A stretch of 60,624 bases of DNA, counting the filler, from Sphacelaria rigidula (lineage: Eukaryota): the NCBI GenBank assembly GCA_964200075.2. It is 3 parts of 3 records of this genome, joined end to end, with 100 filler letters (N's around TTAATTAATTAA, not from the genome) between each part and the next. Parts side by side here need not be neighbours in the genome. Positions count along the whole stretch, not along the records: positions 40,497 to 60,624 come from CAXNAA020000566.1; 2 more parts are not named here. One strand, 5' to 3'. Every line of letters begins with the position of its first letter. Within the stretch, counting starts at the first letter, position 1. This document shows positions 49,022 to 60,624 of this stretch, piece after piece. The notes beneath the pieces are model-generated. The model worked only from the letters and a program-made list of their open reading frames with translations. It did no database searches and was not told the origin of the DNA. The position numbers and the translations under genes were made by a program.

Positions 49022-52000
49022 GAACGGTGCGCACGGTCAAGACATCTGGGCGTGACCGAATACATTTCAAACGGTACCTGCTCATGACAAAAAACACACG
49101 CCAATCTGTACATGTGATTGACGTTACAAGGCTTACACGGGACTGACGTTACAAGGTTATACGGAGTAGCTTTGCTTGAAAAAAGGTGACCGATTGAAAT
49201 GAACAAACAGGCCAGCACAACGCATCTGTTCCGAGTGCGAAGGGGGCAAGCGAAGGGGGGTAAAAAGCGTGCCGCAGTGTGTAGCCATAACTCCCGAACA
49301 CAACACTCACGTCCACCACGGTAGCAGGGAACCAATTCCCTTGGTAGTCGAGCGCGTCCAGCCTCCAGCCAATTTCGACCTCTTCGAGCTTGGAAGGCAA
49401 CCTACCCATGCACCTCTCATCGGGACTACGGCGGTCCATCTGAGAATTGGCAGGCCTGTTTAGTCCAGGTTCAAAGCGGGAGCGGGAGAGGGGGTGGGGG
49501 GAGTGGGGAGGGGGGGAGGGGGGAGCACGCAAGAACAAAGTCAATTCCAAGGCGGGGGTCGAAATGCCATTCGTCATGCAGCATACTCAACGAAAGAGAA
49601 AGCACGAGAACACAGCGTGTATTGATCATGGCACGCAGGTATGGTAGAGAGTAGAGATGCATATGTGGCTTTCCATCGTGACCATCCAGGAACTAAATAA
49701 CTCCAACAAGACTACACCGAACAGTCCTACAAACAAATGCGAAGAAGGCGGTTAGGAACGTATTGGGACCGATCGAGGTTCGGGACTTCGCCACACCCAA
49801 AAAGTACGCGCCCTGCTAGTCTAGTAGCCATCACTCGAGAATCGTCGAGTAAAAGACAATGCCCTACGCAACGACGCCTGACAAAATAAGGTAGCATCTT
49901 CAACCTGTATCGTTCGTTGGGATCTAATTCGGGTTTGTCCAGTTTGTCTGTCCATTGCGCCCGCCGTGTCGTACAGTTGAGCATTCACCTGTCATCGTCA
50001 TCCAAGTCCGTGTCCTCCTCGTCTTCGCTCCCGGAACCACCACCGTTGACCTCAGCATCACATGCCAAACCCGTCGGCGTCTCCGCCGTGTCACGCGCGC
50101 CATCACAATGACCGTTTCCGTTCGAGCCTCCTACTACCACCGTTACATCCTCCACCGAATAGGATGTCTCCACAGGGCCGTGGTGTGTCCCGTTCGCCAC
50201 TGGAACGGACACACTCGCTGGGGGTGCCGTCCGCTCTACACTCGACAACGCGCCTGGCACCGCAGCAGCGATGGTGGAATCACCAGCAGCGCTTCGTGCT
50301 TGTTCCCCAGTTGGCGCAAGTGGGGCTGCAGCTGCAGCTACGTCGGAGACTCGCGGCGACGCCCGTTTATCGACCTTGCTAGCTCTCGAGGCCTGACAAA
50401 GCAGAGACATGTCATACACATTTACACGTGTGACTGGGCATGTTTTTGTACAGAGAGCACAGCACATCGACGTGCTTGGCACGGCAAGAACGCACATGTC
50501 ACTGATACGTGTTGAATAACGGAGCTACCATGACTACGGGCGATAGTAGGGCTCGCACCCACTTTGCACCGACCCTCGTATACTCATTCTTGACCACCTA
50601 CACCAGGGGAAGGGTAAGGATACCACGCGACGGGCGCACACCACGGACAAGTGGTGACTAACAGGTGATACGAAAAAAGGTAGAGGGCAGGATAAGATAC
50701 CACACACCTGGTCACTTTTGGACCACAAACAGCGGAAGGATGTACCGCAATATACGACGCTCAATTTCAGGGTAGGCAGGCAATTGCCCAAAACAGTCGC
50801 AAAAACATTCGTCACGGCAAACGTGGCAGATATGCCTGTTCTAGAGCACTTCTCTTGGACGTCAGCCCTTGGCTAAACCTGGCGAAGTTGGTGAATATTT
50901 CTGGCGATTCCCAAGGACGCGAAACGTTATCTTTCCGCTCTGACAACAATTACAAAACGTTTTCGAGCTCACGAGGAGGGTATGGGGGGCACTTATTTAT
51001 TGCTCGCTCCTTGCTACAATACAACAATTACAAAACGTGATCGAGCTCTTCCCACAATACATACTTGACAAAAGCTACTCCAGAGTATCGCAAGTTTTTC
51101 GAACTCCGAGCGCTCGCCGACGTGCGGTCCGGCTGCCGAGCTCGTTCACGATAGAAAATTCGAGTATTGAAACCATAACCGGGCACACACAACGCCAGAT
51201 ACAATGCCAAAAGGGAGGAGCCATGCATGGGCACCCCGAGATACTTCCGATCCACGGTAATCCATCCTTTCCCACAACACCACAACAACCACTACCGCCC
51301 GACACCCGCCCTCCTCCCCGAGCACGCAGACATGACTGGTCACTGCACTCGACCGTCGTTTTGGGCAGTCAGCGGTACCTCTCTTGTGCTTGAGCGTAGA
51401 AAAGACGGTAGCTCAGCCCCTCGCAGTTGGGCAAATATTGACCGCATATGTAATACGCACACCGCAGTACGGCGCAATAACACGGAGGCGCATTGACGCA
51501 AAATGAAGCCGTCTCATACAACTACGCCACTGTACTGTATGGTTGGCCGTAACTGCGATGAGCTGGCGGAAGACAGAAGCGACAGGGCAGGGGACGTTGC
51601 ATGATCCAACGGGGGACACCACAACCGTGCCTCATTGTGACGTTGCAGACACCAATAAGAAGCGAAACATTACCTCCAGTCCTACCCCAATAAGAAGCGC
51701 AACCGTGCCTGGGGTCAGCATCCCGGTGGCGGTTGTGTTTGTGCATACCAGTATAGTACATATAATACACAATAAGTGTTTCAAGGTGCACGTGTGTGGA
51801 TGAATACTGGCTTTCGCTACTCTACGGCACGAAGCCCGGTTACGTTTGTCCGTGCTCGAGCTGTCGATCACTGGTACATTGTGGAGCCCAAGTTGCGCTG
51901 GGCATGACTCGGCACAAAGAGTCGCCTAGAGTTTGGACATCGGAGCGCGCGCGGTTCTTGGAGGTATTCTTGCACCAGCGTCACCCGTGGAAAGAGCTTG

Positions 52001-55000
52001 AAAATGTGAACGAGTTGGTGCACTTCCTTTGTTGCTGTAATATTGCCAGAACGTCAACATGGCGTTGGAACGGGAGTGATCCAACACCGGCGTGCCCGCC
52101 GTATTTGTCGTCATTAATCTTCGTAACGGCTGTGTCGGCTTATTGCGTGGCCGGCATTGACCCATTTTGTTTCGTGGTACATCCACACCCTGCGCCTGTT
52201 CGTGCCATAAATAGGTGCAGGGTGAACCTGCTTGCCCTAGGAGGAATCGAGAAACTGTACCGGGTTTGAGGACACCCAGAAGAATAGTCACAAGTTAGCC
52301 TACAATGCTGTCCGAGCCCGGCGTCGCCATTTGTGCTTCCTTGTTTTGTATGGAATTTCAGTATATGGAAGGCTGCTGTGCATGCACCCAACAAGAGGGA
52401 ACGAGAATTAGATTTCACATGTCCCACTTCCCGTCACGTTCTCGACAGCAGGACCACAGGACCACAGGACCAACACATGACAGTTTCGCAGTCCTCTTCT
52501 CTCACCACGGCAAAGGCGAGGATGACGTCGTCGTCTCTGACACAAGTGAGCGGCTCTTTGTTGTCCAGCATCCGAGCCCTGGTACATATGAGCACACAAC
52601 ATCCGTCATTTAATCTTCAAAAAAGAAGTGTGCCATCATTGGTGTTCAGTTGTCCATCAACAACACGCATTTATTACACAAGGGTTGTGACAGGGAGGGT
52701 GGGTGACGAGGGAGCGGCGGTATTTGTGCTTGTGGCGTTGAAATAACCCAGGGGCACGGTCGAGTTCCCGCGACACAACAGATCTAACGGGCAGCGCGGA
52801 TAAAAGGTTGTACTTTCTTCCTTCGCTAGTTCAGCCAGCGGTGCGGCGCCCAGGGATGGGCAAGCCATACACAGCGAGGAGCAACCTTCTGTTTTTTCCA
52901 TCAGCGACCAAGCGTCTCAAGCACAGGCGAATACTCCCTCGCCATTGACCCCAAGCGTCGGCCAACGTAACCCTAGCTACAAATTCACCCTGTGCTCTAC
53001 TCTACCATATAATGGTACAGCACCATTCACATGGTAGCTAGCCACAGCATACGCTCACACGAGTATTTCTTGCAGGCGGGGAGTTAGCGACTGTACTCAC
53101 TGGTGATGATGTTGCGGCATTGAGGAAACCACGAGCGCCGATGGTTCCAATCCACATAGTGCGGAGAGCTTGCGCTTCAAGTCGTCCACCTGAGGGGGAG
53201 GCGGGGGGCGGCGGGAAAACAACCCAGAATATTGACAACATATGACCACACCTCGGGGCTTAGTTGATGCGTGACAAGTCATCAATTAACCCATCAACAA
53301 CAGAACTTCAGGGTACCCTCAGCATGCTCTGGAGGCGACCGAGCAGCGGTACTGAATCACGTACGATGACACACATAAACACTCTAGCCCATATGTCAGA
53401 GCTACCCCAAAAATGACAAGAGGTCATGAACGACGAATTCACACGTGAAGTTCAGCAACTGCAAGTGGCAAGCAGCACGCGGCAAGTACCACTACCGATT
53501 GCAGAATGTGAATGCAATCCTCACCTCCCCTAGCCTGGGCAACATCATACCGTATCGCACGGGCACAAGTTGCCTCGGGTTACTAAACTCCACCGCCTCG
53601 CCATCTGCATAATGCAAAGGATGCAAACAGCACGAGCAGCATCATGCGGGGGGTAAGTAAGCACGTGCAAGGTTCGGGTCACGGCGAAGCACAACGCAAT
53701 GGTTGTCAAGCCGACCCGATACCCTGAACGACTACTGATACACAAGACATACCTAATGTTTTTTCAAGTAAAGTGACCGTGCCATAGTAATAGAACAGGT
53801 TGATTACATCCCAACCATTACAGGGGATACCGTCAAACGGGCACGCTGCTGACGCCATACACGCGAAAATTTTGCCGGCGCGAAAACATGCGACGGATAA
53901 GAGATCGAAGAGCAGCAAACGCCACATTCGGTTGCCTGACAGCAACCTCAGCATCGTCAATACCTGCAGTGCGAGTGGAAGCGTCGCCCCCGGTGGTGGA
54001 TCCAACTATATCCCTAGTGCGTATTCTGGGTAGCAGAACGACAGTCACCATCTTGTCGTTGCGGATAGGGATGGGCACTTGCAAGCACATGAAGGGATCG
54101 AACGTGACAGACTGCGTGTGTACACAACCAACGGGCAGCGAGGACGGCGGCGCATTGGGGGGATGGCAATAGTGAGGGCTGGGATGTCGAGCAGGGGAGA
54201 GCATAGGATATGAGAAATATGATGTATTTTCTTACAAGGCCTGTGCATGTGCAACAAGCATTGGAACCCGACAGTAAAAACGAAGCCAGAAGGCGTCAGT
54301 CACAATAGGACAACACACACCTTTTTGTTGCACACGGGGCACCGACATTCCATCTTCAGCTGCCCGTAAAACAGGTCCACGATCACGCTCCGGTTCCGCT
54401 GTACGTGCCTGTCCCATGCTTCGTCTGCCAGCTGCCGGTCCGATTTGCCCGACTCCGTCTCATCATCGTCAGGCGCAGCCACGTACGGCTTGTCAATAAC
54501 CCGGTTCACATCTTCGTGCAACGCGTCCAACATTTCATTGAGAAATTCCTGTTTAAACGGCAGTCAGTCGGCAGGAAACGTTCGTGAAATGATGTCGCCG
54601 CGCAATACAGGGAACACATTGAAGAGAAGTCTCATGGCATGCAGCTGACGAAAATGTTTGCAAGAGAATCATCACTTGTTGCTGTTGCTATCTTGCGCAC
54701 AACCAGGAAGCAAGCACAGCAGCAACAGCAACCACGATGCCCCCTCGAGTGATGGTATGATTAAGCCCTTCAGGACTCAGCTCGCTAGTTGAACGTCAGT
54801 TGGACGTGCTTTGCGAGAGGATTCACAAAAGTTGCGGAATGATCATACTGAACTGAAAGCGACCATTCTCCTGTGAAACTCCTGCTAGCCACAAGTCCAA
54901 CTGGCGTTCATCCAAGTGTTCTCAACGGGTCATCATCTCGTTTTGGCGAATTTCAGGAGGGGCAGGGGGACTGTCAACACCAAATACCTCGAACAGTTTC

Positions 55001-58000
55001 AGATAGTTGGTATGGGGTGCTCGCTTGAAGAGTTGAAGGACTACGAAGTCTATACATTGCGAAGGTGGTGCTCGAATACTACTGTCGATAACCACGATTT
55101 ACACCACAAACACAAACGGAACATGAACGGAAGAAACTGAACAAAAAAATAATGCCCTACGAGGCAGAGCTGTGACCAACAAGACCCGAGTACCTGAGAA
55201 TCTTGCTGCTCGTTACCAGAGAACTGCGGCTTGTACTTGACCAATCCAGCCCTGAACTTCCGGGGGTAAATACACAAAAAATCCTGGGACCAGAGAGACT
55301 TCAGCAACTGAGCGAATTCCTCCACCAGCTTCCCCTGTTCGAGAGATGGAAGAAAACAAGAACATCGATGATTGAAAACCGCATATTTAGCATGTCTCGA
55401 GAGAGGTACAGATGATTTGGACCGAAATCAAGCCAACCCACCGCATTTCGAAACCGATGATCACTACCGTGCGCCCCCTTGGTTACAAACCACGCCGGGG
55501 AAAGCTCTGCGGGCTTGCTGCAGCCCAACACCGTCCTTCTGCTGAATCTTCCTTGGTCCCACGATGTATCCACGGCACTTGCGAAAAAGGGATTACGCTG
55601 CAGCAGCAGTAGATGTTTTCATTCATCCGATATTGCGGCGTACTTCATCTCACCTGGGTCCCAAGTGGATTATACTTGTTCACCTCCGCCGCCCACATGT
55701 CCGACAGTAAATAGGCACGCACAAGAGGCGTGTGCGACAGGCATTGCACCGCAGAGTTCAAGTAACAAGTGTTGCCCAAGTTGACCAGTCCACAGGCCCC
55801 AGCGACTGGCGGCCTCCCCGGGGTATTACTTCTTCGGTTCAGCGTACCCCCGACATAATTAGACAAACCATCTGCACCACCGCTGGCTTGTGTTCGAGAT
55901 GCAGAGCCATTCGCCGAGCGGGGTTGTTCAGAGGTCCACTGTCCGCCCTCCCCGGGGAAACGGCCGACCGGCGGCTGGAAAGTGCCATTCCCCTGTCTAG
56001 ATAAGTTTGACGATGCGTTCGAGGGCGCTCCGCTTTTGACGGATGGAGGGTTTGGAGATAACTCCTGCGGTAAGTCGGTAAGTACAGAAGGCCGAGAAAA
56101 ACAAAAGAAATAAAACAAAATAATCACGAAAAAAATCTCGCAAACCTTTTGTGTATTAATCAGGAACACGGAAATACTACCATGACACAAGACGGAGGGC
56201 CGAACTCTCTTACCAGGCTCGTGAGAGACGTATATGCTAGGTGGGTACAGCACGAATTTGCGCCATGTCGATGTCAATGTCAATGTCGTGGTTTAAGTGG
56301 GCATACGTGTGCGCCCAACCCGACGCTGTCCCGACCTTGTAGGGTTGCACTTGCAAATGAGGCATCCGTGTTTCCTATTTCGAGGGGGGCGGGTTTGCTC
56401 ACGGCGGACGAGTATCGACCGCTCGTCTGAGCTCGAGAATGAGTTACCCCCCATGCTTCTGAGCGTGACTTGACTGAACCAGCAAATACCTCATCACCCT
56501 CCACTTCTCCCGTTCCATCCTCTCCCTCTCCCGCCGTCAGCACAGCCTGGGCAGGCATGGCGGGCGCCGTGTGGCTCGCTTCCGCAGCAAGTTTAAGGCT
56601 CTTACTGTCATACCTGTCGATGAGGAAAATATTCAATGGGGACGTCGGCAGCCTTGCTTTCGAGTTATCTGTGAATCGCGCGCAAAGCTCACGGAACAGC
56701 AACGCCGAACTTGCACGTTGGGCACTGTTTCAGATGGACACATTCTCCCATATATTATAATCGTCACACGTACAACGTCTTCGACCACAAGCACAGCACA
56801 GAGGTAACGGGTGTCAGACACGCGAGGGAAACTCACCATTCGTCCCACTGCGGCGCGAAGCGATCGAAGCGCACCCGCACCCGCATTCTCTTCCGAGATG
56901 AGCCCCCCCCTGCTTCTCGGCTGCTGCTTCTCCCCCCCGATCCATCCCCGCCGTTCTGTTGCTGTCGCTGTTGCTTTTGCAGGCTGGACCCGGAGCTGAG
57001 CGTCGACGCTTGATCTTCTTCGACAGACTGATGCGCTCTAGACCTTCGGTTCTGCAGGGCCGGCGGGGAATTTCAGAACTTCGTTCATCACTTCTTCGTG
57101 ATGAATAGCTCCTACGGTACACACAGTCTGACTGGTGACGATGGTGCCGACAGTCTAGTGTGGATGAGGTAACAACTAACTACACTTGACACCTGCGCTG
57201 GCAGCGGCCCCCTTTTATGGACCTTCCTGGCCGCTCACTTCTTGGGACAAGCGGTAGGACAGGGTGCATGCAATCACCATGGTAAACCATATCACCATGT
57301 AACGGAAAGCCTTTTTCCAGGGCATCGTACTCGAAATAGGATAATACTTCAAATCACCTGAGCTCATGCTCGTCCGATTTCGATACATGATACATGTGTG
57401 CCGCAGCAATGTCATTGGCCTTGGCCCTTGTAAGACCCGGTCGACTGTAAAACGACAATTTTCCGGTGAGAAACGTACACGCCAACGCGAGCGTTCGTGA
57501 CTTGACTTTGTGTTGATGAAAAATGGCTCCTGCAGTAAAGATCCTTCAAGTGTACACATTCGAAAGGGGGATTGGACTGAACCTACAGTAACAGCACAAC
57601 AGTACCGCGGGCAGCGTCAAGTGTCTCCCATCCATCACCTTTCCATTTGTGCTACGGCACCCGTGTCGGGTTTTGAGTTTCGAGTGCTGTCTTGTGAAAG
57701 CTCAACCTCACCTTGCTTGTCTTTCCCACAGGGCCCTCAGAGTCGATAATTCTTGAGCTACTCCTGTGCTGCACCTCCACAACCTGTGGGCAAGATCATA
57801 GATGCGTGCACGAGCAAGGCGACATTCGGGACCCAAGCCAGAAACTCTACAGCACGTCCGCTGCGTACACGTGGTCAAAACGTACGATTGATGGCACCCT
57901 GAAGTCCACCATGGAGGACACTCAAGTGCCTGTGGCCAAGTCTGGAACGTGCACATTGCCAAGAGAGGGGTGGAAATTGCAAGCAAGCTCGAGAACTTGC

Positions 58001-59230
58001 AATATGGCAACTCGCACCTCTCCTCGGAACCACCGACCCTGGTAATCCATGGCGTCAACACGTGCTCCTTCGCGAAAGTGTCGGAAGCCTGGGTCTTCGA
58101 TATACCTGCGTCGAGGCCATGATCCGTCTAGCAACCTGGTCTCCACCATCACCTTCTCCCCGCCCTGCAGGCCCAGCTCCGACAAAGTCATGCGCTAATG
58201 AAACGTACGCAAAACGCGGACATGCGTATGTAGCGACCAGAGCAGACAGACAGACACGGATTTGGGCTTGGGGGTACGGCTAGCGTGCATACGATCAACA
58301 TGGTACAATCAAGATGGATATGCCAGAACAGGTGGCGGGGGGAAAAAACGCGGTAAAAAGAGTTCGGGGTCGTTGTCATCTTGTCAGCCGATTCGTGGGC
58401 TCCAAGCAGAACACGTGCTGCGAACATGTGACAGGAGCACGCTGATCGCGGAAACTTGAGCATTTCTAGACGACCACTAGCAACTACTGGGAACGACAAA
58501 TTCCTGTAGAGTGCGCAGTGTTGGTGTGTAAGGTCGCTGTGATGGCTTACCTCCTCTTCGGGCTTGACCATGATCCAATGGCTAACCCCCGTTGGGGCAT
58601 CCATGCCTCCCACCATTCCATCTCCAAGAAAGCTGAAACGCGGTCGACAGCTACTGCCGGGTGTGGACACCTGCCGCGAGAAAATTTACAGATAATTTGA
58701 ACAAGTAGCGGCAAGGAAAGAACACCGCACAGTGAATGACATGCACGTAAGGGTGTTGGTGCGAAGCGAACCAACACATCGCCGCAAACTCGTGCAAGAC
58801 ATGCGCAGCTACCAAGTATGGGCATTGAACACACAACATTGCTCTCACTCAGTGCCTCTTTCGTCCAGCACCGGTTATGGAAGCAATTGCTACACGACAA
58901 ATCTCCTCCCGAGGCGTTCGGCAGACTGCCTTTCAGCACAAAACATTTTCAAGACGAGAGCGGCCCAAATTGTCACAAATTCGCCGAGCGCATAGAGTGT
59001 TTCGCTGTACAATGTCCTGATTTCGCTCACATTGGACGGCCGAGGCGTGTCTATGAGACCAGTAGGACTGATCTCCAACACCCAAAGGCGACTCTCCAGA
59101 ACTTCATCTTCTCCACTCTCCGCCGGGGTCTCAGCCGCCCATTGACCCTTGTCACCAGTGTCATCCCTGTCTTTATCGTCTTCATCGCCCTCGCCCTCTC
59201 CATTTGCATGTGTGGTACCCTCCTTTGATG
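43585..59230 (-). CDS. Ubiquitin-specific protease (peptidase C19), USP4/11/15-like, multi-exon; 5' end not identified
   Basis: Phase-consistent exons include 55654-56064 (Cys box [18 protein letters not shown]), 55194-55334 (QQDSQ), 54321-54548 (EFL...[11 protein letters not shown]...[12 protein letters not shown]...CPVC), 53964-54111 ([15 protein letters not shown]), 45395-45534 (TLEQCL...WYCSTC...LWKMPDVL), 44882-45010 (VIHIKRF), 44279-44467 (His box [18 protein letters not shown]...WLHFDD) and 43585-43683 (AYVLFYRRR, stop). Upstream UBL-like motifs RLW and [16 protein letters not shown]...DGSWPR lie at 58018-59230. Exons inside the insertion region are only partly resolved. Confidence 0.93.
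44745..44789 (+). repeat. (CATTCAT)n intronic microsatellite
   Basis: ttcattcatcattcatcattcatcattcatcattcatcattcatc seen directly. Confidence 0.9.
48984..49021 (+). repeat. (CAA)n intronic microsatellite
   Basis: aacaacaacaac... run of about 12 units. Confidence 0.95.
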
Positions 59231-60539
59231 ACAGATCACAGCGCTTTCTTGTCAAGTCACGATGCTCAAATTCCTCAGATACTCAGATTCGCGAAAAGGT
59301 GGAAGGCTGTGAGAAAAAGTAGAGCTTATCCTTTCTTCATGGGAACGGCATGGACAATGCTATGCGCTAGACGGAAGCGTTGGAGCGTTGGAGCCGAACG
59401 TGAAAGCCAGCTAAATAAAGCTAACTTCTGACAAAAGTCTGCCAGAAACACACGAAAAAGAATAAAAAAGATTATGCTCAACGCTTGTAAAAATATACAT
59501 GCTGTGAGCATTCGAGGTGTGCTGTGTGCTGTGTGCATTTTTTCTTCTACGCGCCAAGTCCCTGCGTCACCATGTTTGGCCCGACAGTCACAGCTGAGAG
59601 AACAAGAGGTCACCGGCACGTCCAATGGTCCAAATCTCAACCGCCGCTCACACGAACCTATTCAAATCTATTTTTAGGCAAACGACCCCAACTCACGAGA
59701 GAGGAAGATATTGTTTATGACACGGGGATACCGGCGATGTACGCCTGGAAGCACCTTCAACTTGCGCAGAAGCATGATGCCCCGATTTTCATCACATATA
59801 TTGGGCACAGTGATAGGGAGTGTACATCGCATGGGTCTTCCGCTCATGATCGGAATGGAACAAGAAGGATGGACCGGTTATGGGACGGTGGTGCTGTAAC
59901 GACTGCGCTGCACTCTGTTGACAAGGAACTCGCGCTTTTGTATTCGCAGGGAAGCACGAGCAGCGGGCGCACGATGATTATAATATCATCACGGACTGAT
60001 AGCCGTGTTTGATGTCATACTCTAGTTGGTGCATACGGGCACATATCGTTTATTGCCCTGTTTTACAAGTCAGTGGCGAAAATCACGGCGAAAAATATCA
60101 CACCAGACGTCATCCACGGTTTCTCCGGATTTCCACCCTTTTCAACAGCAAACCGCGCGCCAATACTAGTCCCACTAGACTTATCCTTGTCTGTCGAAAC
60201 TCTGAGTGGCCGCCTGAACCTCGGCGAGACAAGTACGAAGCGATGCATGTTCCTACGGAGCAACTAGGGCCGTCGGGGGTACTGTACTACCGTACCAAAC
60301 GACGTCGAAACGAAGTGCAAAATGGAAGTGTTTGGATTCAGGATTCGTCCGGGATGTTCAGAAAAGCAAATCTCAACCTTGCTTTTGTCTCAAACTCAGG
60401 AAGATATTTGCATGAAGGGCGACGAATAGCATCCCTTATTCTGCCGTGAAAATTTCCTTAATATCGTTCATTCGTGTGGAGTTTCGAATTTGGCATTGCC
60501 GTAGGCATGAGGGACGACGGATTCAACGGTAGGTCGAGT

Positions 60540-60624
60540 AGCGTGTTGTGTTATCGTACCATCTATTCTGGACGTCAGTCTACACCTTTCGGTGTATGTG
60601 GGCGCATCAGCCGGGGTCACACAG
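60540..60624 (-). mobile_element. Partial copy of the SINE body seen at 32150-32541 (runs off the window end)
   Basis: gtctacacctttcggtgtatgtgggcgcatcagccggggtcacacag matches 32221-32266. Confidence 0.7.

Noticed and set aside
50942-51038. Short direct repeat acaacaattacaaaacgt (two copies, ~79 bp apart)
   Set aside because: Only two copies, apparently intronic, with no larger structure to support a function.

Overview
Eukaryotic, intron-rich, repeat-rich genomic scaffold with four N gaps. The gene and repeat content points to a brown alga (Phaeophyceae, Ectocarpus-like); this is an inference. Three host genes are recognisable. (1) An EsV-1-7-type cysteine/histidine repeat protein on the minus strand (1194-3983). 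It has 16 tandem 38-aa C-x4-C-x16-C-x2-H units plus a degenerate upstream unit that contains an in-frame TAG. (2) A spliced cyclophilin (PPIase) on the plus strand, core exons 33624-38569, possibly with a distant plastid-targeting first exon at 26474. (3) A long multi-exon USP4/11/15-like ubiquitin-specific protease on the minus strand (43585 to at least ~59230) carrying two Tudor/MBT-like barrel motifs. The rest is mostly mobile-element debris: two decayed LINEs, tRNA-derived SINEs, a 1.2-kb piggyBac-like (CCC...GGG/TTAA) non-autonomous element present twice and carrying a small conserved ORF, probable hAT remnants, fold-back inverted repeats and microsatellites. Most short ORFs in the supplied track are not supported as genes.
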